Below, in pieces: positions 48,580 to 56,670 of a DNA stretch of 64,000 nucleotides. Position 1 is the first letter of the stretch, and each line of letters starts with the position of its first letter. Source of the stretch: a virus (taxonomy: Duplodnaviria; Caudoviricetes). The translations under genes were made by a program, and so were the position numbers. The notes under the pieces are model-generated. The model had not been told where the DNA came from. It made no database searches and worked only from the letters and a program-made list of their open reading frames with translations. The stretch is taken from the IMG/VR virus record IMGVR_UViG_3300028591_000176, positions 1 through 64,000 of that record; one strand, given 5' to 3'.

Positions 48580-49971
48580 ATGGCAACACTACAAGCAGGC
48601 TTAAAGCCTCTCTTTAACAAGACATACAACAGGTACTCAAAAGACCTGAAGGACAAGTACATCATCACCACGGACAACAGCGGGAACATCACTGGCAAGG
48701 TCAGCGTAGGCTCGCTGCTCTCCAAGGCGAAGTACTCTGGCGGGTATATCGCCGATGGTGTCATCGTGACGCAGAACCCGCAGGCAGGGGATATTCTCTT
48801 CCTTGATGAGGAGGGCATCCGTGTATTCGTCAAGAATGCCAACGACGAGCTTATCAAGGCTAACCTGCCCGAAAGCTGGACGCTGGTGGGATATGTGTTC
48901 CACCGTGGCAAGACGGACATCATCACGGGCGAGACCGATGACCTGAATCAGGTGTGGGTGATAAACAAGGACGGTGCTAACTATAAGTACATTGATGTGT
49001 GGCAATTTGCCATCACTGCTATTGCTTCGACAAGCATCACGATAACGCTGCGGTTGAGTACGGACTACACCGTTGGTACTGCCGTGCCTATTACGCTTTC
49101 ATCTACCGCTCTTAACGCTACCACAGCCTCGGAAATTAGCACGGCTATCAGGGCAAAGGCGGCAGAGGTGAGCAGCGCAGGCACTTGGTGGGCATACTAC
49201 GACGAGGCGAACGATAGAATCATTGTGCAGAATGATGTGAATAATGACTATCGCCAGTATCAGGTAAGCGGAACGGGGTGTACTATTGCTCTTTCCGTAT
49301 GGGATGACATGCCAGCAAACTCGACGAGCGGAGTAAGGCAAGATAACGGCTCTGGAGGTGTAATGAACGCTACGCGCGGCACTACCTACTATTCAACCAA
49401 CGGGACTGCCGATACAAGCCTCGGTCTCACCAATGGACTGATGAACAAGGCGAGCTTTGACAACTCTGCCAATGCTGACGTGATAGCGTACAAGAACGGC
49501 GGCAAGACATACGATGATTATATCCGCGAGTATAAGATGCTGGCTCTGCCGCAGCCTCGCAGACAGGGATTGTTTACGCTACCTGTAGCACAGCAGCTAT
49601 CGTTGAAATATGCTCTCAGCGTCGCTCCTACCTATGCGGGTGGCGAGAAATACAAGTTCCCTGCCTTGAATGCTGGGTACAACGTAAGCTACGGTGGCGA
49701 CCTTGACTTCGGCGACTGGTGGACTCCAGGCGTTCAGGAGGCTCTGTACTTTATGCGTGACATAGAGGACGGCGACAATGCTTTCACCAAACTGGCGGCA
49801 AGTGCGACGAAGATGGGCACGCTGTCGTTTGCCAATAACGTCTACCGATGGTTAGCCCAGAGGTACCACGCCAACAGCAGTTGGATTTTCTATGGCGACG
49901 GCGGCTACCTCGGCAGCGGCTACGTAGCTTACAGCCTTCGCTGTCAGGCGGTCACCTGCCTCTACCTGTAA
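48580..49971 (+). CDS. Receptor-binding protein with DGR-type C-terminal variable region (C-type-lectin-like fold, putative)
   Basis: Ends WLAQRYHANSSWIFYGDGGYLGSGYVAYSLRCQAVT, matching the W..QRY....W.F.G..G.L......R.QAV pattern I recall for Bacteroidota DGR targets. Confidence 0.7.
   Translation: MATLQAGLKPLFNKTYNRYSKDLKDKYIITTDNSGNITGKVSVGSLLSKAKYSGGYIADGVIVTQNPQAGDILFLDEEGIRVFVKNANDELIKANLPESWTLVGYVFHRGKTDIITGETDDLNQVWVINKDGANYKYIDVWQFAITAIASTSITITLRLSTDYTVGTAVPITLSSTALNATTASEISTAIRAKAAEVSSAGTWWAYYDEANDRIIVQNDVNNDYRQYQVSGTGCTIALSVWDDMPANSTSGVRQDNGSGGVMNATRGTTYYSTNGTADTSLGLTNGLMNKASFDNSANADVIAYKNGGKTYDDYIREYKMLALPQPRRQGLFTLPVAQQLSLKYALSVAPTYAGGEKYKFPALNAGYNVSYGGDLDFGDWWTPGVQEALYFMRDIEDGDNAFTKLAASATKMGTLSFANNVYRWLAQRYHANSSWIFYGDGGYLGSGYVAYSLRCQAVTCLYL
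49849..49971 (+). other. Putative DGR variable repeat (VR)
   Basis: Variable-looking positions are nearly all NNC/NNT codons (TAT, GAC, GGC, TAC, AGC, GCT, CTT), as expected from AAC/AAT template codons. No TR copy found in the window. Confidence 0.6.
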
Positions 49972-49998
49972 AAAAATATCTCTTTTAGGGTTTGTCTT

Positions 49999-50040
49999 GT
50001 TGTAACGTGCTAACTTTTAGTGCGTTACAACTTTGTTTAT
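49999..50040 (+). terminator. Hairpin/terminator after the DGR target gene
   Basis: GTTGTAACG...CGTTACAAC stem extended by G:U pairs, followed by a T-rich tail. Confidence 0.65.
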
Positions 50041-50059
50041 GGACTTGAAAAAGTCCTCT

Positions 50060-50090
50060 ATTGTTTAATCCTTTTTAGGTTGTATCTTTG
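50060..50090 (+). promoter_or_regulatory. Promoter of the CCCE operon
   Basis: ATTG, 19-nt spacer, TATCTTTG (50083-50090); followed by hairpin ACGACAA...TTGTCGT at 50093-50118. Confidence 0.7.
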
Positions 50091-50152
50091 CAACGACAAA
50101 TGATGCGCATCTTGTCGTAAACAGAGTAATAACAACTTTAAAAAGGATTTTT

Positions 50153-51091
50153 ATGAGTGAGATTTATCAATTGCCAGACACTTCTGGCAACAACAACGGT
50201 GGCCTAGGCAACATTCCTTTCTCTATACCCATTGGTGGTTTTGGAATGGGCGGCGGCTTGTTTGGCGGCAACTACGGAATGAATGGGATTGCTGACCTAT
50301 TTGGACTGGCTATCATTGCTTCAATGTTCGGCTGGAACAATGGCGGATTTGGCAATGGCGGCTTTGGAGGAAATGGTTCAGGCGCAGCTTTTTTGGCTAA
50401 TCAGCTCTCGAACGACTCTGGGCGTGAACTCATTATGAACGCTATCACCAATCAGGGCGAGGCATCACGTACGGCCATTCAGACATTAAGCACTATGCTT
50501 GGTCAGGATTTCAATCTTGTCAATGGTGCTGTGACTAATGTGCAGAATGCATTGCAGACTCTTGCTTTGCAGCAGGCTGTGAGCGTGCCTCAGATTATCA
50601 ACTCTATCCAGTCGGGTGATGCAAGCATCATCAGTAGCTTCGAGAAGTGTTGTTGCGAGAACAAGCTCCTTGTCACACAACAGGGCTACGAGTCGCAGAT
50701 TGCAACCTTGAACCAAACCAACCAGCTTGGTTCGCAGGCAGACCGCAACACCAACGCTTTGCTTAATGCCATCAACGCCCAGACCGTTGCCATGAACGAC
50801 CAGTTCTGTGCAGCCCGCGAGCGCGACATGCAGGCAAAGATTGATACGCAGTCCGACATCATCACTCAGCTGCGTGGTCGGATTGACAATGCCAACCAGA
50901 CGGCTCAGATTACGGGATATGTCAATTCCCTGATTGCTCCCTTGCAGGCAAAGGTTACGGAGATTGCCGACAAGCAGCTTCCTACTGTTCCTGTTCAGTG
51001 GCCGCAGATTCAGGCCGTGAACACCACGCCTTACATGGGTGGTTGGAATGGTTTCTACGGCAACGGCTTTGGTAATAACATCGTGTTTTAA
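50153..51091 (+). CDS. Gly/Asn-rich protein with hydrophobic segment, CCCE motif and Gln/Asn-rich coiled coil; function unknown
   Basis: GGFGMGGGLFGG, a TM-like LFGLAIIASMFGW, KCCCENK, heptads, aromatic-Gly C-terminal tail. Confidence 0.85.
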   Translation: MSEIYQLPDTSGNNNGGLGNIPFSIPIGGFGMGGGLFGGNYGMNGIADLFGLAIIASMFGWNNGGFGNGGFGGNGSGAAFLANQLSNDSGRELIMNAITNQGEASRTAIQTLSTMLGQDFNLVNGAVTNVQNALQTLALQQAVSVPQIINSIQSGDASIISSFEKCCCENKLLVTQQGYESQIATLNQTNQLGSQADRNTNALLNAINAQTVAMNDQFCAARERDMQAKIDTQSDIITQLRGRIDNANQTAQITGYVNSLIAPLQAKVTEIADKQLPTVPVQWPQIQAVNTTPYMGGWNGFYGNGFGNNIVF

Positions 51092-51115
51092 GTAGGCGAA
51101 AGGAGGGTACGAAGT

Positions 51116-51451
51116 ATGTGTTTTAACAACATTACAACGAACGCGGGTGGTATCGCCTACCTACCTTCAACCAATGTTACCGTAGGTACTGATGCAGTTG
51201 ATATTGCACTAGGCTTCCGTCGTATTCAGCCAGTAGGCTATTTCACCGTTCGCCTGACCGATGCGATACCAGCAGGCACTACGACAACGCTGCCTATTAC
51301 GCTTACGCTCAATGGAACGACACGCGCCCTGACTCTGTTTGACGGCACACCTGTTACCGTTGCGGAGCTTATCGGTGGCACGGGAGCATTCCTTGTGTTC
51401 AACAATCGTTTCGATGGCATTCTTCAACTGATGTCACGTACTACGGTATAA
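51116..51451 (+). CDS. Small beta-sandwich-like protein of the CCCE operon
   Basis: Thr/Val/Gly-rich alternating pattern; AGGAGG 9 nt upstream. Confidence 0.8.
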   Translation: MCFNNITTNAGGIAYLPSTNVTVGTDAVDIALGFRRIQPVGYFTVRLTDAIPAGTTTTLPITLTLNGTTRALTLFDGTPVTVAELIGGTGAFLVFNNRFDGILQLMSRTTV

Positions 51452-51481
51452 GCAAGAGTAATTAACAAGTAAATAGTAACA

Positions 51482-52006
51482 ATGATGGATTTTAATAGTC
51501 TTGGGAACGGCAACCCTTTTTATATCCTTAGACAAGGAGAAAAGCCGATTTTAGAGGTAGGCACGGTAAAGTCAAAGACACAGCCACATGTCAAGTTTCC
51601 AACGCAAACGCCCAACCTTATGACTGGATTGCAGACACAGCAGGTTATTGATGTGACGGCAACCATCAATGGTAAGGATGAGACTTTTATGGATATTCCA
51701 ATAGGAGTTGAAATTGCGCAAAAAGGAAACGTGACATTCAGCGGTAGTCGTGAAGCGATGTTGCAGGCGGTAGATTCAATGCTACAGACTAGCAAGAAAG
51801 CCATCGACCAAGTGCCATATCATAAGACGGTTATTGCAGAAAGCGAGAAGATGATGGAGGTGCTTAACCCGCAATATGCGGAAAACAAGAAACAGGCACG
51901 CACCATCAGCGACCTTGAACGCCGACAGGCTGACACTGACAAGAAGCTTGATGCAATATTGGGTATCCTGCAAAAGCTGGATTCGCCCGCCACAAGTACC
52001 GTTTAG
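51482..52006 (+). CDS. Hypothetical protein of the CCCE operon (beta N-terminus, coiled-coil C-terminus)
   Basis: 174-aa ORF in the operon. Confidence 0.8.
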   Translation: MMDFNSLGNGNPFYILRQGEKPILEVGTVKSKTQPHVKFPTQTPNLMTGLQTQQVIDVTATINGKDETFMDIPIGVEIAQKGNVTFSGSREAMLQAVDSMLQTSKKAIDQVPYHKTVIAESEKMMEVLNPQYAENKKQARTISDLERRQADTDKKLDAILGILQKLDSPATSTV

Positions 52007-52035
52007 TCCATTAAACTATAGAAAGGAACAATCAA

Positions 52036-52278
52036 ATGGGATGGATTTTTATAGACAAGGATGACGAGCAGAGCCAGCAGAAGATGCGGCAGCAGATGCG
52101 TCGTAACATGCGTGGCGGTGGCTATAGTAGCGGTGGCTATAGCGGTGATGGTAATTATCGTGATGGCTATCGTCAGGGCTACAAGCACGGCTGGGAGGAC
52201 AAGTCCGACGAATGGATGGATAACGATGAGGAAATGGATTCCCGTCGCCGTCGTGACAGCCGTGGAAGATACATGTAA
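52036..52278 (+). CDS. Small low-complexity protein ending RRRRDSRGRYM
   Basis: Q/R/M-rich, GGY repeats, GYRQGYKHG, acidic stretch, then a basic RDSRGRY tail. Confidence 0.75.
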   Translation: MGWIFIDKDDEQSQQKMRQQMRRNMRGGGYSSGGYSGDGNYRDGYRQGYKHGWEDKSDEWMDNDEEMDSRRRRDSRGRYM

Positions 52279-52363
52279 AAATGGAACAGAAAGCGAAGGG
52301 ATTGGTGGATATACTCTGCCAATCCTTTCCAATGTTTAAAACATTAAAATAAATTGGAAAGTT

Positions 52364-52762
52364 ATGAAGCAATATATATCCGAAGGAAGGGCAATGTACG
52401 AAGACCAAAATCATGGTCTTTTCAGCAAGAGACTTGCAGAGTGGGCTATTGGTAAGATGCGTATGCAGGACGCATCCAATGGCGCGTTGAAAAAGATAGC
52501 TGCAAGAAAGCTTGATGATGTCAAGGAAGTGTTGAAAGAGAACAAGGTCGAGCTGCCAGAAGAGTTTTGCTATACGGCATGGTATTTGTTCAACATGGCT
52601 ATTGCCGACTACCCGAAGACATTAAAGACTGACGAGCAGCGTGCAATGTTCGTTGAGGAAACGTTGTGCGACCCTGATGGTATGCCAGAGAATGTTCTTG
52701 ACTGCTTTGTCGTTAAGATGTGCAATGCTGGCGTTCCGATATATTGGGAGTCATTTTTGTAA
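52364..52762 (+). CDS. Helical hypothetical protein of the CCCE operon
   Basis: 132-aa ORF; FSKRLAEWAIGKM, NMAIADY and DPDG motifs. Confidence 0.8.
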   Translation: MKQYISEGRAMYEDQNHGLFSKRLAEWAIGKMRMQDASNGALKKIAARKLDDVKEVLKENKVELPEEFCYTAWYLFNMAIADYPKTLKTDEQRAMFVEETLCDPDGMPENVLDCFVVKMCNAGVPIYWESFL

Positions 52763-52782
52763 TAGCAATACTCTTTAGGCTT

Positions 52783-53172
52783 ATGAAAACAGCGTACATA
52801 GACGTTGACGGTTACTGGGGTATAGCAATATGCTATGATTACGATGTTTCTAACCACGAAGATGAACACACTCTATGGGGGTATATGCGTTCATTTGGTA
52901 TGAAAGAAAGAAGTATCAATAAAGCGTTAAACATTCTCTCGAATTACAACACAGGAATGTGCGTATCAAACAATGATGTGCGGATGAGTGGCATATTTAT
53001 AAGCAAGGCAACAAGTCCGAGTGAATGGTGGTCATCGTGCTTGCATGAACTTAGACATTCAGCACAAGCAATCATTGATTACTACGGCGCTGATTGGAAT
53101 GAAGATGATGCTTATCTAACAGGCTTTCTTACTAAACGTGCTGTTGAGATATTGGGAGAACCTTGCAGATAG
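52783..53172 (+). CDS. HExxH-motif protein (putative metallopeptidase)
   Basis: LHELRH followed by EDDAYLTGF; ATG at 52783 preferred. Confidence 0.65.
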   Translation: MKTAYIDVDGYWGIAICYDYDVSNHEDEHTLWGYMRSFGMKERSINKALNILSNYNTGMCVSNNDVRMSGIFISKATSPSEWWSSCLHELRHSAQAIIDYYGADWNEDDAYLTGFLTKRAVEILGEPCR

Positions 53173-53195
53173 AGCCTCACTGTTGAGGTTCTATC
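53168..53195. terminator. Probable bidirectional terminator between convergent genes
   Basis: GATAGAGCCTCA...TGAGGTTCTATC stem followed by a T-run. Confidence 0.7.
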
Positions 53196-53797
53196 TTTTC
53201 AAGATACCAAAGAACCCCTTTTCCGTAATGACTTTTACTTCTCGTTGCTGCACTAATGCTCCCGCAATTTATGCCTGTTTCTTTTGACGCTTCCAAAATA
53301 GAATCAAAAGATTTAATAAAGTTTTTGTTTAAGTCATACATATAAACAGCATGAGGGCTATTTACTGTTTTGTTTTTGACAAGCGTTGCGTGCCTCTTAA
53401 TCTTTGTTTGTTCTAACCTTATTCTGTTTAATTGTCTTTCTCTCGTTATGGGGTTATTGCTGTTTTCCTTTGGAGTACACCACCTAAGATTACTTGATTT
53501 GTTGTTTTTGGGATTTCCATCAATGTGGTCAACTTGAATATCATTGTCTCCTTTCTCACAAAAACACATTGCAACAAGTCTATGAACTGCAATTTGTTTT
53601 CTTGTGTTATTTCGACAAAGAAGCACAAAAGGATAACCTTTTGGGTCACAAGCAAGTGCAAGAACCCTTTCTTTCGCATGTACATGTGTTCCTTTTTTAG
53701 AATAATACCATCTATCCAAAGATTTTACACGCCCAAGGTTACTAACTTGATAAAAGCCTTCCCATCCTTTGATGTCTTTCCAAATTTCTTGTTCCAT
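53177..53797 (-). mobile_element. Free-standing NUMOD4-HNH-NUMOD1 homing endonuclease
   Basis: EIWKDIKGWEGFYQVSNLGRVKS (NUMOD4), VDHIDGNPKNNKSSNLRW (HNH), VYMYDL...FDSILEASKETG (NUMOD1-like). Start at ATG 53797. Confidence 0.9.
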
Positions 53798-53892
53798 TAC
53801 TATTAAAAACGGAAATGCCCCGAAAGAGCCACCACGCATCTAACGGGACAAATCCATTTAGTCGTATATATTCGCTTAGTGGTGGATAAGCG
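53798..53892 (-). ncRNA. Candidate kissing-loop 5' leader of the HNH gene
   Basis: Minus strand: CGCTTA-tCCACCAC-TAAGCG hairpin, then a long hairpin whose loop contains GTGGTGG. Confidence 0.55.
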
Positions 53893-53905
53893 TTTATTTC
53901 TTTTG

Positions 53906-53937
53906 CAAAGATACAAAGAAAGTTTGGAACTTCCAAA
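53906..53937 (-). promoter_or_regulatory. Consensus Bacteroidota promoter for the HNH gene
   Basis: Minus-strand TTTG, 20-nt spacer, TATCTTTG. Confidence 0.8.
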
Positions 53938-53959
53938 TATATTAAGAATATTTAGCAAC

Positions 53960-54050
53960 TTAAAATAAAGCCGAATAAGCGCATTTCTTTTGTTCGGTGG
54001 GCAACTATCAAGGAAAGGTAAAGAAAATGCCGTGACTGGCTTAAAAACAA
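53960..54050 (+). repeat. Dispersed intergenic element, degenerate copy 3
   Basis: GGTGGGCAACTAT at 53996-54008 is identical to 16016-16028; GGCTTAAAA lies downstream as in copy 2. Confidence 0.55.
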
Positions 54051-54068
54051 GCAAATCACGGCTTTCTA

Positions 54069-54245
54069 TTATTTTATCATGTCCATATTCAGTCGTTTGT
54101 AACTAAATCTTAGTTTTTTAATGTCCCAACCATGCTTGCACATATTGGTCTTAAAACGTTTCTTAACCTTACGAGGCAGACGGTAGCGTTTGCCAGCAAT
54201 TTTCTTGTGCATCTTGCCTACTGGTCTAAATGCTTTTTGTTCCAT
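54069..54245 (-). CDS. Small basic protein (58 aa, RYRLPRKVKKRFK)
   Basis: Hand-translated; ATG 1 nt from the upstream stop. Confidence 0.55.
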   Translation of the reverse strand: MEQKAFRPVGKMHKKIAGKRYRLPRKVKKRFKTNMCKHGWDIKKLRFSYKRLNMDMIK

Positions 54246-54246
54246 A

Positions 54247-54711
54247 TTATTTCATTATATACGCAATTAGTTGTACAACCCAAGCCACAAACATAATGCC
54301 GAACGCCCACCAAAGGTTGCGAATGACTTTCTTTTGGTTTGATATAACTTCTTGGTAAAGCCCAAAGGCGGCTTTATGGTCTTTAACCCTCTTAGCGTTT
54401 CCTTCCTTTGCGTTGTCTTTCAAAACATCATTGCGGTCATAAGACGCTCCAGAACGTACAGAAGCAAGCATATCAGCATCTTCTTTTCTTATGAAATTAC
54501 AGACGCCATCTTCTGATAAATCGCAACCCATTATTTCGGCATAGCCTTTGTCCTTTACCCAAAGTAATTTTACAAGATTACCTTTTATAGCATCTTCCAA
54601 TCCTTTCTTGAACGTCTCCTTGTTTTCTTTAACTTTGTCATCAAAGTTCTTTTCGAGTTTAATAAGGCGTTCGTAGTCTTTCTGACTGATAATAATTCCT
54701 TTTGTTTCCAT
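54247..54711 (-). CDS. Hypothetical protein with C-terminal TM
   Basis: 154 aa; LWWAFGIMFVAWVVQLIAYIM. Confidence 0.7.
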   Translation of the reverse strand: METKGIIISQKDYERLIKLEKNFDDKVKENKETFKKGLEDAIKGNLVKLLWVKDKGYAEIMGCDLSEDGVCNFIRKEDADMLASVRSGASYDRNDVLKDNAKEGNAKRVKDHKAAFGLYQEVISNQKKVIRNLWWAFGIMFVAWVVQLIAYIMK

Positions 54712-54723
54712 AAGCGTTAAAGT

Positions 54724-55356
54724 TTAAAGGTGTCCTAAGTTTGGAAAGTAACGTCTTTGACTCTCGTCCCATTTTGCTATGCAACCACAGTGTTGACAGC
54801 GAAAATCAAGTCCTTCTACCGCATAGCCCTCACGATTGCATTGAGGGCAGATAGTATTATACTTTCTTGGTATCGTAATAAAATGCTTTGTGAAGCTATC
54901 TCCTGAATCCAAAGCCCCGCTGTCATACATCGATTTGATAAGTGAGAGAATATCACGTACGGAGGCTTCTGAAAGGTCTGCTGAACGGTCATGCAGTAAG
55001 TTGTTCAGTAGCTTTTGCACATCAGAGCCAGTGAACTTATAGTCTTCAAGTGTGCTAGCCTTTTCTTGCACATCAGACTGATACAACGATTCAAACTCGT
55101 CTTTCAGCTGTTGGCATTCCTGCGTTTCAAACATTACCTGCGCATCTTTCCTTACCGTCGAAAGGTACTCTTCTTCATCTTCGCTAGGTATATTACGCTT
55201 GAACTCTGCCGTGTCGTACACGTTGGCATAGGCTATCTCTAGCCTTTCTCCCAGCACTACCTGCAAGACAAACAGGTATTGTTGCGGCGTAAAATCTACA
55301 AGCCGCGTGTGTAGTTGGTTTTGTGAATCTAGATAATTAAGCATGCTATTTGTCAA
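54724..55356 (-). CDS. Hypothetical protein with C-terminal zinc finger; terminase-small-subunit-like candidate
   Basis: CPQC...CQHC. FTPQQYLFVLQVVLGERLEIAYANVY loosely resembles a TerS N-terminal HTH. Confidence 0.4.
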   Translation of the reverse strand: MTNSMLNYLDSQNQLHTRLVDFTPQQYLFVLQVVLGERLEIAYANVYDTAEFKRNIPSEDEEEYLSTVRKDAQVMFETQECQQLKDEFESLYQSDVQEKASTLEDYKFTGSDVQKLLNNLLHDRSADLSEASVRDILSLIKSMYDSGALDSGDSFTKHFITIPRKYNTICPQCNREGYAVEGLDFRCQHCGCIAKWDESQRRYFPNLGHL

Positions 55357-55750
55357 ATAGTTCTGGTTGTTTGCTATCCCTGACCTCTATGTCTTTAACC
55401 TCAACGAGCGTAAACTCAATTCGAGGCGTGTGCTTATCTATGTATTTGTTGGCTACAATCTTTACACAGTTGCGGTCGTTCTTAATGGCTTTACATGACT
55501 GCAAACAATCAAGCAAGCCTTTTAATGAGTTGTCGAGGTCTGGCTGGTTGCTTTGAAAATAAACATCTGCATAGAGTTCAAAGAAGCCTTGTATATTGCG
55601 GTTGCGATAACCACATTGCAAGTAGAAACGTTTCTCAAACTCTTTCATTGCCGATGTCTTTGCAAGGCTTGCATGCCCGCCTATCGTAATAATCTTGTAC
55701 GAATTGGACTTACTCGGCACGACCCCGTAAATCACCTGTTCGTGTTTCAT
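55346..55750 (-). CDS. RusA-like Holliday junction resolvase
   Basis: GVVPSKSN, PDLDNSLKGLLDCLQ...IKNDRN; ends QPELFDK. Confidence 0.8.
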   Translation of the reverse strand: MKHEQVIYGVVPSKSNSYKIITIGGHASLAKTSAMKEFEKRFYLQCGYRNRNIQGFFELYADVYFQSNQPDLDNSLKGLLDCLQSCKAIKNDRNCVKIVANKYIDKHTPRIEFTLVEVKDIEVRDSKQPELFDK

Positions 55751-56175
55751 TTCAGGACATCAAGGAATTTTGTTTCTTTCAGTTGTTTCATTTCCATATC
55801 TTCCAAGCCCTGTTCCATGTACTGCTTGGTAATCATGTGTGCTTCGTTAATGTCACGCGCAAACAATGCCACAACGTACTTTATCTCCTTTACCTCGTCT
55901 TTCTCTTCATCATAAAACCTGTCGGCAATGGTGGCAAAGTATATCTTATAGTTCTCGACAACGCTATAAACACTCTCGTCGTTTACTATTTCTTTTAGCT
56001 TTGACTTTCTTATTGCGCAAACCTCAAAATTCGTTTCTGAACCAAACACTTCAAACAGCTTGTTTTCAACGCCCTCAAAGCTTTCATGTCCTTTCAAGAT
56101 GTATGAGCGTTTCAATGTCTTGTCATTACCATTCTTGTCAATAATGGTAGATGATATTGTTGCTTCAAAAATCAT
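55747..56175 (-). CDS. DUF4494-like protein
   Basis: Duplicated beta-alpha pattern ending KETKFLDV, recalled as the Bacteroidota DUF4494 family. Confidence 0.65.
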   Translation of the reverse strand: MIFEATISSTIIDKNGNDKTLKRSYILKGHESFEGVENKLFEVFGSETNFEVCAIRKSKLKEIVNDESVYSVVENYKIYFATIADRFYDEEKDEVKEIKYVVALFARDINEAHMITKQYMEQGLEDMEMKQLKETKFLDVLK

Positions 56176-56178
56176 GTT

Positions 56179-56670
56179 TTATTTTTCTTTTATTGTTATG
56201 TTTACCTTGTCTCTAAGATGTCTTGGCACTTGTATGACAATAGTATTGTCTACTGCTGCATTAACATCATTTCTCTCACTTAACTTTATGATTCTTTTGA
56301 TAACCATCCAGCGTTTGTTCCATGCGGGATTGGTGTCAATGAGCATCGTCATTTTCGTAACGCCACTCTGTATAGTCCTATAGGCAAAAGGATACCCCAT
56401 CACTTCTAATGCTCTGGCCATCTTCTCATAGCTATCCTGCGTCATATAACGGTATGCGTACCAGAAAAGCCAGCGTGCGTGCGCATTCCAGATGTAGTTG
56501 TTATCATCAAGCATGTCCTTTACCGTTGTTTCGCACACGGATGCCACACATTCGGCTAGGTATTCATACACGCCATGTTCGCTTTTCTTTAGGCAGAGCA
56601 GGGCTTGTTCGATATTATCATCTACATGCTCTTTCCAGTCCTGCCTTATCTCTTCATCATTCTTTATCAT
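56179..56670 (-). CDS. DnaA-C-terminal-like helix-turn-helix protein (putative)
   Basis: VASVCETTVKDML...AHARWLFWYAYRYMTQDSYEKMARAL resembles the Bac_DnaA_C pattern. Confidence 0.5.
   Translation of the reverse strand: MIKNDEEIRQDWKEHVDDNIEQALLCLKKSEHGVYEYLAECVASVCETTVKDMLDDNNYIWNAHARWLFWYAYRYMTQDSYEKMARALEVMGYPFAYRTIQSGVTKMTMLIDTNPAWNKRWMVIKRIIKLSERNDVNAAVDNTIVIQVPRHLRDKVNITIKEK

Noticed and set aside
50177-50200. AAC-rich stretch GGCAACAACAACGGT as a possible DGR template repeat
   Set aside because: It only encodes GNNNG in the CCCE protein, and its flanks do not match the VR at 49849-49971.
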